This document shows, piece after piece, positions 24,820 through 35,424 of a stretch of 64,000 nt of DNA. Source of the stretch: Heterodontus francisci (lineage: Eukaryota). Position numbers and translations under genes: made by a program. Below the pieces are notes generated by a model that searched no databases, was not told the DNA's origin, and saw only the letters and a list, made by a program, of their open reading frames with translations. Location of the stretch: contig NC_090386.1 in assembly GCF_036365525.1 (NCBI RefSeq), forward strand, positions 30,002,757 to 30,066,756, read 5' to 3'. Within the stretch, counting starts at the first letter, position 1; each line of letters opens with the position of its first letter.

Positions 24820-27800
24820 TCAGTGGTTTGTGAAGCAGCGCCTGGAGTGGCTATAAAGGCCAATTCTGGAGTGACAGGCTCTTCCACAGGTGCTGCAGAG
24901 AAATTTGTTTGTTGGGGCTGTTGCACAGTTGGCTCTCCCCTTGCGCCTCTGTCTTTTTTCCTGCCAACTACTAAGTCTCTTCGACTCGCCACAATTTAGC
25001 CCTGTCTTTATGGCTGCCCGCCAGCTCTGGCGAATGCTGGCAACTGACTCCCACGACTTGTGATCAATGTCACACGATTTCATGTCGCGTTTGCAGACGT
25101 CTTTATAACGGAGACATGGACGGCCAGTGGGTCTGATACCAGTGGCGAGCTCGCTGTACAATGTGTCTTTGGGGATCCTGCCATCTTCCATGCGGCTCAC
25201 ATGGCCAAGCCATCTCAAGCGCCGCTGACTCAGTAGTGTGTATAAGCTGGGGATGTTGGCCGCTTCAAGGACTTCTGTGTTGGAGATATAGTCCTGCCAC
25301 CTGATGCCAAGTATTCTCCGAAGGCAGCGAAGATGGAATGAATTGAGACGTCGCTCTTGGCTGGCATACGTTGTCCAGGCCTCGCTGCCGTAGAGCAAGG
25401 TACTGAGGACACAGGCCTGATACACTCGGACTTTTGTGTTCCGTGTCAGTGCGCCATTTTCCCACACTCTCTTGGCCAGTCTGAACATAGCAGTGGAAGC
25501 CTTACCCATGCGCTTGTTGATTTCTGCATCTAGAGACAGGTTACTGGTGATAGTTGAGCCTAGGTAGGTGAACTCTTGAACCACTTCCAGAGCGTGGTCG
25601 CCAATATTGATGGATGGAGCATTTCTGACATCCTGCCCCATGATGTTCGTTTTCTTGAGGCTGATGGTTAGGCCAAATTCATTGCAGGCAGACGCAAACC
25701 TGTCGATGAGACTCTGCAGGCATTCTTCAGTGTGAGATGTTAAAGCAGCATCGTCAGCAAAGAGGAGTTCTCTGATGAGGACTTTCCGTACTTTGGACTT
25801 CGCTCTTAGACGGGCAAGGTTGAACAACCTGCCCCCTGATCTTGTGTGGAGGAAAATTCCTTCTTCAGAGGATTTGAACGCATGTGAAAGCAGCAGGGAG
25901 AAGAAAATCCCAAAAAGTGTGGGTGCGAGAACACAGCCCTGTTTCACACCACTCAGGATAGGAAAGGGCTCTGATGAGGAGCCACCATGTTGAATTGTGC
26001 CTTTCATATTGTCATGGAATGAGGTGATGATACTTAGTAGCTTTGGTGGACATCCGATCTTTTCTAGTAGTCTGAAGAGACCACGTCTGCTGACGAGGTC
26101 AAAGGCTTTGGTGAGATCAATGAAAGCAATGTAGAGGGGCATCTGTTGTTCACGGCATTTCTCCTGTATCTGACGAAGGGAGAACAGCATGTCAATAGTC
26201 GATCTCTCTGCACGAAAGCCACACTGTGCCTCAGGGTAGACGCGCTCGGCCAGCTTCTGGAGCCTGTTCAGAGCGACTCGAGCAAAGACTTTCCCCACTA
26301 TGCTGAGCAGGGAGATTCCACGGTAGTTGTTGCAGTCACCGCGGTCACCTTTGTTTTTATAGAGGGTGATGATGTTGGCATCGCGCATGTCCTGGGGTAC
26401 TGCTCCCTCGTCCCAGCACAGGCATAGCAGTTCATGTAGTGCTGAGAGTATAGCAGGCTTGGCACTCTTGATTATTTCAGGGGTAATGCTGTCCTTCCCA
26501 GGGGCTTTTCCGCTGGCTAGGGAATCAATGGCATCACTGAGTTCCGATTTGGTTGGCTGTATGTCCAGCTCATCCATGACTGGTAGAGGCTGGGCTGCAT
26601 TGAGGGCAGTCTCAGTGACAGCATTCTCCCTGGAGTACAGTTCTAGGTAGTGCTCAACCCAGCGGTCCATCTGTTTGCGTTGGTCAGTGATTATGTCCCC
26701 CGATTTAGATTTGAGGGGGGTGATCTTCTTGATGGTTGGCCCAAGAGCTCTCTTCATGCCATCATACATTCCTCTGATGTTTCCGGTGTCTGAGGCCAGC
26801 TGAATATGGCTGCATAGGTGTTGCCAGTAGTCGTTTGCGCAACGCCTAGCTGTTCTTTGTGCAGTACTTCTGGCTGCTTTAAGTGCTGCGGATGTTAAAT
26901 CGCTGGGGGCTTTCTTGTAGTTCAAAAGTGCAATGCGCTTAGCGGCTATGACAGGTTCCAGCTCTTCATTATGAGATTGAAACCAGTCTGCATTTCTCTT
27001 CGCACTTTTGCCGTAGGTGGTCAAAGCTGACTCATAGATGGCGTCTCTGATGTGGGCCCACTTGGTCTCAGCATCCCCTGTGGGAGTGTTTTGAAGGGCT
27101 GTTACAAGTGAATTTAGAAATTTTTGTAACAGCTGTGGGTGAGAAATTCTGCTCGTGTTGATGCGCGGGTGGCCCTTCTGCTTGGAATGATGCAACTTCT
27201 TTGGTCTGAGTCTAACCTTGCTGCACACCAGGGAGTGGTCGGTGTCGCAGTCCGCACTGTGGAAGCTGCGTGTGATTTGAACACTGTTTAAGGCGGCTCG
27301 CCTTGTGACAATGAGGTCTAGCTGGTGCCAACGACGTGATCTTGGGTGCCTCCATGAAACCTGGTGACAGGGTTTAGTGTGAAAGAACGAGTTGGTGATG
27401 CAGAGGTTATGATAGGTACACAACTCAAGCAGTCTCTGCCCGTTCTCATTCATCCTTCCAACGCCATAGCGCCCAAGGCAGGAGGGCCATGAGTCATGGT
27501 CGGCCCCAACCCTGGCATTAAAGTCCCCCAGCAGGAATAGGTGTTCGGTGTTGGGGATGCTGCTAATGATGTTATGGAGTTGTTCATAGAACTGGTCTTT
27601 AGCTTCAGGTGCGGAACAGAGTGTTGGAGCATAGATGCTGAGTAGGTGTACTGGACCAGAGGTGGTGAGCAGTCGGATGGACAGTATGCGTTCCGAGCCA
27701 TTTGAGGGAGGCTCTATCATGCTGAGCAAGGAGTTTCTGATGGCGAAGCCCACTCCATGCTGTCTTGGTTCTTCAGGATCCCTGCCCTGCCAGAAGAAGG

Positions 27801-28011
27801 TGTAGTCTTGCTCTGCTAGAGAGCCACTCGCGGGGAGGCGAGTCTCCTGAAGTGCTGCAATGTCCACATTGAGTCTACTGAGCTCGTTGTTAATGATGGC
27901 GGTCTTCCGAGAATCGTTGATTTGTGTAAGGTCTTCCGACAGGCCAGGACACATAGTTCTGACGTTCCAGCTTGCAAAGCGAAGGGCTGGTACCTTCTTT
28001 CCTTTTTTCAT
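24820..28011 (-). CDS. RTE LINE polyprotein, 1063 aa: AP endonuclease, reverse transcriptase and C-terminal zinc-finger-like motif
   Basis: APE motifs SWNVRT, LQETR, LGDFNA, CDTDH; RT motifs YRGISLL, QCGFR, FIDLTKAFD, GVKQG, FADD, YLGS; C-terminal CSTCGRACHSRIGLYSHSRRC. Confidence 0.96.
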   Translation of the reverse strand: MKKGKKVPALRFASWNVRTMCPGLSEDLTQINDSRKTAIINNELSRLNVDIAALQETRLPASGSLAEQDYTFFWQGRDPEEPRQHGVGFAIRNSLLSMIEPPSNGSERILSIRLLTTSGPVHLLSIYAPTLCSAPEAKDQFYEQLHNIISSIPNTEHLFLLGDFNARVGADHDSWPSCLGRYGVGRMNENGQRLLELCTYHNLCITNSFFHTKPCHQVSWRHPRSRRWHQLDLIVTRRAALNSVQITRSFHSADCDTDHSLVCSKVRLRPKKLHHSKQKGHPRINTSRISHPQLLQKFLNSLVTALQNTPTGDAETKWAHIRDAIYESALTTYGKSAKRNADWFQSHNEELEPVIAAKRIALLNYKKAPSDLTSAALKAARSTAQRTARRCANDYWQHLCSHIQLASDTGNIRGMYDGMKRALGPTIKKITPLKSKSGDIITDQRKQMDRWVEHYLELYSRENAVTETALNAAQPLPVMDELDIQPTKSELSDAIDSLASGKAPGKDSITPEIIKSAKPAILSALHELLCLCWDEGAVPQDMRDANIITLYKNKGDRGDCNNYRGISLLSIVGKVFARVALNRLQKLAERVYPEAQCGFRAERSTIDMLFSLRQIQEKCREQQMPLYIAFIDLTKAFDLVSRRGLFRLLEKIGCPPKLLSIITSFHDNMKGTIQHGGSSSEPFPILSGVKQGCVLAPTLFGIFFSLLLSHAFKSSEEGIFLHTRSGGRLFNLARLRAKSKVRKVLIRELLFADDAALTSHTEECLQSLIDRFASACNEFGLTISLKKTNIMGQDVRNAPSINIGDHALEVVQEFTYLGSTITSNLSLDAEINKRMGKASTAMFRLAKRVWENGALTRNTKVRVYQACVLSTLLYGSEAWTTYASQERRLNSFHLRCLRRILGIRWQDYISNTEVLEAANIPSLYTLLSQRRLRWLGHVSRMEDGRIPKDTLYSELATGIRPTGRPCLRYKDVCKRDMKSCDIDHKSWESVASIRQSWRAAIKTGLNCGESKRLSSWQEKRQRRKGRANCATAPTNKFLCSTCGRACHSRIGLYSHSRRCFTNH

Positions 28012-28574
28012 GTTGTTTGGTGCGGTGTATCAGTCCACCTTTCGGGCAATGACCCTGAGCTCCAAGCACCCATTGAAGCAGGCAGACTGTGGCGGGACAG
28101 AACCTTATTGACCGGGGGCTGCCCGGTTTGAGGCGGGCGGTAGCTGTCCAGTGAGGTGCAATGACCTCTCCCACCGACAAAGGCAACCCGTGGCGCCCAG
28201 TTTCTACGCCAATTTATCTGGACTTATAACCCGTAACTGCTGCCTTCCGTGTTGTTTCAGTCGCTGTGAGGCAACTATGGAGTGACCTCTCCATGGCGCA
28301 TGCCTGGGCAAATTTATGGAGGTTGAGAGTTGCCCAGTCGTCAAAACCCCCCTCTCGGCCTTTCTGGTGGGGTCCAAAGGAGTGCAGGACACGACGTTTG
28401 GCACCAGTATGGCTGCAGGAACTGCCGGAAACATGCCAAAGGTGACACATGACCGCCTACGGGGTTCCGCTCCGGATTTTCTGTTAGGGTTTACTCCCTT
28501 AGCCTTGGTCTCTCCCGAGACGCCCACAAGGCAGTGGGGTTGTTGGGGCCCCTACACAGGTGTAGGATGGTGCC

Positions 28575-28778
28575 GGTGGGAGGAGGGGATGCAAGGGGGA
28601 GGGGTAGAGGGAGGGGGTGGGGGGGGGGTGCAGGGGAAGGGGGTGCGGGGTGAAGATGGTGCGGGGGGGGGGCGGGCTGGGACGGGGTTGTGAGGGGGTG
28701 AGCTGAGAGGGTGGAGCAGGGAAGGGGACGGGGGTGGGGGGGGTGGAAGGGGGGTAAAGGGGGGGGAGGGGGGGTGGA
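28575..28778 (+). repeat. G-run low-complexity tract (G-quadruplex potential) inside the RTE leader
   Basis: Many G4-G9 runs within about 200 bp. Confidence 0.8.
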
Positions 28779-30733
28779 ATCTGGTGCAGGTAATAAGCCA
28801 TTTCCTCAGTGCCCACCATCGACGTCCGGAAAGCTCATCTACGTCCTTCGGGAGGTGAAGCATCATTTGGCAGACTTAGAGGTGGTTACATTTGCTAAGG
28901 GTTTTTTTTTTTGCAGTGGTTTAAATAAAAGCATGCAGCATTGCCGACAGTGCGCTGCAGATGCTCTCCGAGCCATCTCCCGCGGGCGCTTTGAAGTTGC
29001 GGCCGGGGGGGCCGCTCGTGGATGTTTTGGGTGTTCGGGGCACCTTTTCACAGGACTTCTCTCGGGTCCCGCAGCTCCTTCTTCACCTCAATGGACTTAC
29101 CGCATGCCGTGGCTGCAGACACTCTGGACTGTGAAGACAGCAGGATCGGAGATTAAAGTATCGGCAGCTGTGCTCGTCAGTTTCATCCGGATCAATTTCA
29201 TTGAGAAAACAAAGAGCAGGTGTGGCTGGGGGAGGGCAGTGGGCCCAGGTAACATACACTAAACTAACTGTTAACTTTTAGATAGGGCTAAAATGAACTG
29301 ATTTAAAGAGCCAGGGGAATTTAAACAGTTTAAGAGGGCAGATTGGGGGAGAAAACGTTAGGGATGGGAGCAGATGGCCATGGATAGAGTTGAACAGCAA
29401 GGGAGCTTCCTAGGGAGCTTCCAGCCCAGGAGCCATCTTGAAATTTTGTGTAATTTGTGTAATGCCTACTTAACTGTATAGCAGCAAGGCAGTCTGAGAG
29501 TCTCTCTACAGACTATTGAATAACTCAAATCCACCGGAAAGTTCCCTTCCCAAAAGTGCTTATGTAAACCAGAGGCAGAGCCAAAAGCAGTGAAGACCTA
29601 TTTTTAGCAGCTTTGCTACAGAAGTGGGAGGAGAAATCCCAGGGTCACGTAGGAGGGCAAATCAAAGGGAGTATCCCTGCAGTCTACTGTAAACAAGCAG
29701 AGATCAGGTGGGCTTGTGGTGAAGGACTCTTAGATTATCAAATAAAGACAGTTTTGCCTTAATCTCAGATTCTTGAACCTTCACCACCTCTCCCCAGCCC
29801 CTTCCCTTGCGTCATCTGTGCCCCTGAAGCTGGTTAGTTTCATTTTTTTCCTTTTGACATCAAATACCAGCAATCCTGTCGTTCGGACGAAGATGTCGAG
29901 AGGATCAAGCTGCCTTATTCTTCTCGGGCCTACACAGGCTTCCAATTTTAACACACACAATAAAACTTGCTGTAACACTCCATGAATGTGTACTTGTCAA
30001 CTTGCCAAAAAAGCTCATTTATTTTAGGAAAAGAAGTTTATTCATGAAAGGGGGGTCCAGGAAATTGGAGTATTTTGCATACTTTCATGCAGATTTTCAG
30101 CAGCTCAGCATATCATTGAGCTTTTATCAGGTTTTGAATATTGTATTTTTAATAGGATCACACATTACGATCACAGTCAGTCTTGTGTAGATTTAAATTC
30201 TGTCATTAACCATTTGTGTTTGGCACAAAAGAATGCTCTGTGAGCCTGTGAAAAGATGTTAGCATTTTCAGTGCATATTCTTTCTAAGAGCTTGTTTTCT
30301 AAATCTTGTGTCAAATAAGGGAACTTGTTTATGTGAGGTAATCACATGGAGCTGACGCACTGGTGTTGCTGTCCTACTATCCTTCCAATAAAAGCTGCAA
30401 CTATGAAGGCACTTGTAAGGACTTTGAACGAAGAGGGGAGGGAATAACAAATACATTCATCGGTTTAATAGGCTGTGAACAAGTGATTTTTTTTTTTAAA
30501 GTTCAGGATGCTAAATCCATTAACTGCTTTGTTATAGTTAACATGTCTGCTGCTTGACTTTTTCTTGCTGTTCTCCTCCCACCTCTTCATTTTCAATTAC
30601 GATAAAAATGGTCTCTTATCTTCCGGTGAAGGTCTACCACCAAGATGTTAATCTATTTTTGCCCCTTTTTTTAAATATAGACAGATCGTCTCTGTATTTG
30701 CAGCATTTTCTTTATTTTTGTTTTACATGTTGA

Positions 30734-33721
30734 TGTAATGAGAAGCTTTTTATGTTGTCTGATGCAACATAAATGAGATATATGGAGTTCAGTTGGTTGA
30801 ATATCTCAAACAGGTTTATTAACAGCTAACCAGTACATACAGTGCAGAACTATCTATATACAGGACTTGCCTCTTGGTGTTCCAGTTAGTGACTCAGGCT
30901 GGTAGTCACATGACTACATCCAGGCACTTAGTCTATTAGCATACTAAGATCTTAAAGGGACTTCACTCTTAAAGGTGATCACACAACAGCCCCTTTCATT
31001 CCAAAGATAAGTCTCATACTAAAAGTAAAAATACATAAAATTAGGTTGCATCAAAATTATTTACACATGGATAGAGATTGTGAAATTTTACAAAGAGGCT
31101 CAAAAGTCCATAGCTCGTCTCGGTTTTACAACTCTTGCTCGGGGAGTTTGCTTCTCATCTAATTTATTGATTTAGAGATACAGGACTGAAACAGGCCCTT
31201 TGGCCCACCGAGTCTGTGCCGACCATCAACCACCCATTTTATACTTACCCTACATTAATCCCATAATCTGTTGCTGTTCTTTCTGAAGTTTCTCCCTCTC
31301 TGCATTCAGTTTCTGTTGCTCTGCCTTAAAACATTTTACGTTTCTAATATCTGCCAGTTCTGAAGAAAGGTCACTGACCTGAAGCGTTAACTCTGCTTCT
31401 GTCTCCACAGATGCTGCCAGACCTGCTGAGTATTTCCAGCATTTCTTGTTTGTGTCCTCAGGACATTGCTTGTCCTTCGCCCCTCCTTATCCTCTGTGTC
31501 TTAATGCTTGGGGCTCAACGTCAGGGACTTGTTGGGGGAAGAGTACTCTGTCTCATGGAGATACCTGCCCGCTCTGGCTTGTTGTGCTGGCAGATCTCTA
31601 TAGAGCAGAAGTGAAGGTGTGGCATAGTTGTGCTGTTGCTGGCTTTCTAGACTGCACACTTTGATGCTGGTCAGAGTCTGCGAGCAGTTTCCGGTCCTTT
31701 GGGATCTCCCCTTGACACATCTTTGAGGATTCGAACTGATAGGATATTTGCACTAGCTCCAGTGTCAATCTTGACCTTGAGTGTATGCTTGCCAGTTTTT
31801 TTTGGACATGTGAAGTTAATAGTGGTGAAAGCTTCCAGTTGTTGCACTTCTTCAACGTGATGTGTCAGGTTCACAATGTGGAATGCCTGTTCGTCTTCTG
31901 TCTAAGAACTACTTCTGAGTTTTGTCTCCGGTCTGTTCTGCCATGGATTTCATATATTGGCGTCCGTTGTGCTGTTGCCCTGTTTTCTGTTTGCCTGTGT
32001 TCTATTGTAACTTCTGGCTGCGTCTTTGGATCCAGAATTCCTGCATAGGTGGACCCAGTGTCCTTTTGCACTGCATGCTTTGCACAGGTTACGAAATGCA
32101 GGACAACTTTGCAGAGAGTGGGACCAGCCACACTTAGCACACAGCTTGCTTGCCCCTTTCAACCTGGTTATGGTATTGTTACTGTTGGCTGCACCTTAGG
32201 GCTTGCAAGTGCTGTTGTACAGCTACAGTTGCTTTGCATTTCCTGCCATCTTCCAGCGGTACATCGATGGTGTGACCTTTCTTTCTCCCCCAAGAGGTCT
32301 TTCTGAAATGCTTCAGTGGGTGTTGATACAATCACCAGCTCCATTATTCGGTCTGACAGCTCAGCTAACAAATCGCATTTGTTGCCCTTACTGTGGCATC
32401 TCTTGGTGAACTGCTCTATTGACTCCGATGGCTGCTGCCTGTAGGACATAATTCCAGGCGGTGAATTCTAAAATTCACTCTCATTCGGAACTGATCTTGC
32501 AGCACTTTCCATATCTTTGCGGGATCATTCTGGTCCTCGTCAGGTAAGCCTGAGCTATTGATTCTGTGTAATTCCTCATTTCCAGTCGTTAACAATATTT
32601 TTACTGCCTCTTTTTTCTGGTTCTACAATTACTGGGTCTGTAAGGCATAATTGCATTCTCTATTGGAACAGTTTGAACTCTGATAGGATGTCCAAGGCTT
32701 TCCAGTTCATGCTGGGAAAATTGGTATCGATCTTTCTGCTGTTCTTTTGCTTTAAAAGTTGCTTTAAGACTTGGTTCTGTGACTCTGTACTTCCCTTTTA
32801 AAAAAAAATTCTCTGTTCTTTAGACTGGTTGGTTTGATCGGGAGCAGCTATTTTATCTAGCTTCGAACATTGTAGTCTGTTTATACAGCTGTGTAATTGG
32901 CATTTCAAGTGCTTTTTTGGCTACAGTTTGTTTATATAGCCACTCAATAGGCAATTCTTCACACTTGAGTGGTTTTATGAGTTTTAAACTCTGGCTGTGT
33001 GAATGGAAAGCTCTTCACGCTGGAGTGATTTAATGGTTTCTCTTTATATCTTCAGCTGCGTGAATGGAGGATTTCCGTGCTTTTCACTGTTGGGCGCCTC
33101 CTATAATGGCGCGGACCTGATCAGCTTGGGGGAGGAATTGGGTCATCCCCGAATTTTTTACTCTCCCACCAGGGAGCCTTTGAGAGAAAAAAAAATCAAT
33201 TCTTTAAGGACTTCAAGGCTTCACTTTTTTTTTTAAACTGGGGTTCCTGTACCGACAGCACACTGACTCACCTGATCATAGTGATTGATTTGCAGCCTGT
33301 CGTTCAGATCTCTGTCTTCTACAGCTGGAGGAGAGTATTTTGTTCTTCTTTACATTATTTAGGCCAGTGTTTCTTTTAACTTTCTGATAGCTGTAGATAG
33401 TTTTTAAAGCTATTTCCCTGTGGTCTTCAATCTTGGATTTTGACTTCTCACCACAGCTGCCACCATGTAATGAGAAGCTTTTTATCTTGTCTGATGCAAC
33501 ATAAATGAAATTCGTGGAGTTCAGTTGGTTGAAGCTTTCTAACACCTTTATAATCACAGCAAACAAGTATATACAGTGCAAGCTATCTATGAACAGCACC
33601 TGCCTGTTGGTGTTCCAGTTAGTGGCTCAGGCTGGTTGTCACGTAACTACATCCTGACACTTAGCTCATTAGCATCCTAAAATGTTAAAGGGACATCACT
33701 TTTAAAGGCGGTCGCACAACA
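30734..33721 (-). mobile_element. Non-autonomous Gypsy (Mag-like) LTR retrotransposon: LTR-gag-protease-LTR
   Basis: Direct repeats 30734-30988 and 33466-33721 (TG...CA) and 5-bp TSD gttga (30729-33, 33722-26). PBS TGGTGGCAGCTGTGG (33451-33465, tRNA-Leu-like) and PPT GGAATGAAAGGGG next to 30989. Decayed gag zinc knuckles CAKCGWSHSLQSC and CKACSAKGHWVHLC; protease KIDTGASANIL. Confidence 0.92.
31325..31452 (+). mobile_element. Penelope family-A 3' end nested in the LTR element
   Basis: cagttCTGAAGAaaggtcactgacctGAAGcgttaact (GAAA changed to GAAG) followed by the tail. Confidence 0.8.
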
Positions 33722-35154
33722 GTTGATACATCTTTCCCTTTTGAGATATAAATGAAAGGAAGGAAGTCATAAAGACAGATTGCATTTACCATGATAATTT
33801 TACATCAGGAAGATTAATTTATGCGATGCTTACTGTGTGATACTATTTTTAAGGTGTGCAGCAAACCCAAAGATATCTGCTGTCTCTGTGCTGATGGTGG
33901 GTCAGGGTGCATAATTCAATATTGAAGGTGGAATTTGGCTATATAAGTTGCCCTGGGGACAAGCTGTGGCTATATTTGACCAATATTTGATTTGCAAGTG
34001 CAGTAAGAAGGCTGAAGCCCTCTGCAGTTCCGGTATTTATAGCCTGAAGCTTTGAGAATAAAATAGGCTTGCTATTTATACCCTGTTTACGTGGAATATA
34101 TTTGTAGTTAAATAATATGACTGATTCTAATTGAAATATTCCTTTTTAAAATGGAATGAATTAGTAAAGTTCGTCCCGACCTTGTGATGACTTTGAATGA
34201 AAGCTATTCAGATTATTCTTGTGTAAAAATACAAGATTTAAATCCTTATTTTGTACCATTGTTTAAATATTAATAGAACATAAGGAGAATTGATGAAAAA
34301 TGGTAGTACTGTAATTGTGCTATAGTGACATCATACAGTAGAATGATACAGCACAGAAGAATGTTATTGGACCTTTTGGCATCTCTGCCAGCTCTCCAGT
34401 AGAAATGACTGCTTAGTCCCATTCCCATGCAGTTGTATTGGCATGTGTTTTTTTTTTCTCAAAAAACTTGCAGTTGCTTTTGATATGGACATAATCTGCA
34501 TTTAGTTTGATCATTGCCCGCCAGAATTTCCCACTCCACATTGTAAATAGTGCAACTATTCGACAGGTTTTCGATTGACAAGGGAGTCAAGGGTGGAGGG
34601 GCAGGCCAGGAAAGTGGAGATAAGATCAGTCAGATCGGCCATGATCTTATTGAATGGCGGAGCAGGCTTGAAGGGCCGACTCCTGCTATATTTTTTTTTA
34701 GCTTAACCCTCCATGTGTATACTATTCTCATGCACTTTGTATCTGTCCCTTTTGAGACTTAAAAAAAATTAAATCATTGAGTATTAGAGATGTTTATATC
34801 AATAGTTCAAGGTTCCTAGGCATAAAGTTTAAGCCACCTGAACTATCTGGTTAGCTGGCTCCTGAAAATTACCCAATTAATGATGGAATTGTCAGACGTG
34901 TGAACTGCTTTATGGAGAGAATGTACCTGATTCTGTTTTGATCATTTGAATTATGATGGTTTGCCTCTAATGGGTGAAATCAAGGATTCTTACCATTGGA
35001 AGAATGCCAATCTCTTATTACACTGGTATGAAGTCCAAAAAGGAAGAGTTTGTCATGATTATGGAATTTGCCCCAAGATGGTCAATCAGCTCTAAACCTC
35101 AATTCTTTGTTTAACCATCCACCACAACTGCAGGGATAGTTTTTCGTAGTACAG

Positions 35155-35400
35155 AACTTGAGTATTGCTGAAAATAGAGACATTATGTCGAAGCTTTTCA
35201 TCTTGCACTCATCAGGACAATCCGCAAGACTACCAATGTAAGAATACAACAAATTTATATGATGAGAGGAGAGTGCTGATTGGTTGGCAAGTGAACTCTG
35301 GTAGCGGTGTTGCCATGGAGAATGCACCAGTTAACTGTGACTGACAGTTAACTGCCCAGCTTAGTTTGAAATTTAAACCAGGCAGCTTGACTGATAGCCC
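35155..35400 (-). mobile_element. Probable second Penelope-like terminal repeat (family B) carrying a minimal hammerhead
   Basis: Contains the hammerhead at 35186-35219. The Penelope assignment is inferred from the motif type; no ORF is seen. Confidence 0.55.
35186..35219 (-). ncRNA. Minimal type I hammerhead ribozyme motif
   Basis: TGTC-CTGATGA-GTGCAAGAT-GAAA-AGCT-TC-GACA: 4-bp stem I, intact core, palindromic AGCT in place of stem III, UC cleavage site; stem II is weak. Confidence 0.72.
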
Positions 35401-35424
35401 TGTTCTTTGCGGACAGAAAGTATA

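Larger units (their letters stand above)
24766..29443 (-). mobile_element. Apparently full-length, young RTE-clade LINE
   Basis: Uninterrupted ORF, short 3' UTR (CCATTGTCTCTCGAGATAAGGAGGCCCAAAAGAAGA) and retained CpGs. Candidate 8-bp TSD ttttgtgt at 24758-24765 and 29444-29451; the 5' boundary is less certain. Confidence 0.85.

Noticed and set aside
29157-29180. CTGACGA-GCA-CAGC-TGC on the minus strand as a hammerhead in the RTE leader
   Set aside because: Followed by CGATAC rather than GAAA, with no convincing stem I or III.
28204-29262. ORFs of 100-183 aa as an RTE ORF1
   Set aside because: Low-complexity Pro/Gly translations of the G/C tract with no recognisable domain.
28012-29443. Twister ribozyme (known from Schistosoma RTE elements) or a GNAS CpG-island promoter
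   Set aside because: No GGUCCCAAGCCC/GAGGG twister signature was seen. The CpG richness is better explained by a young retroelement.
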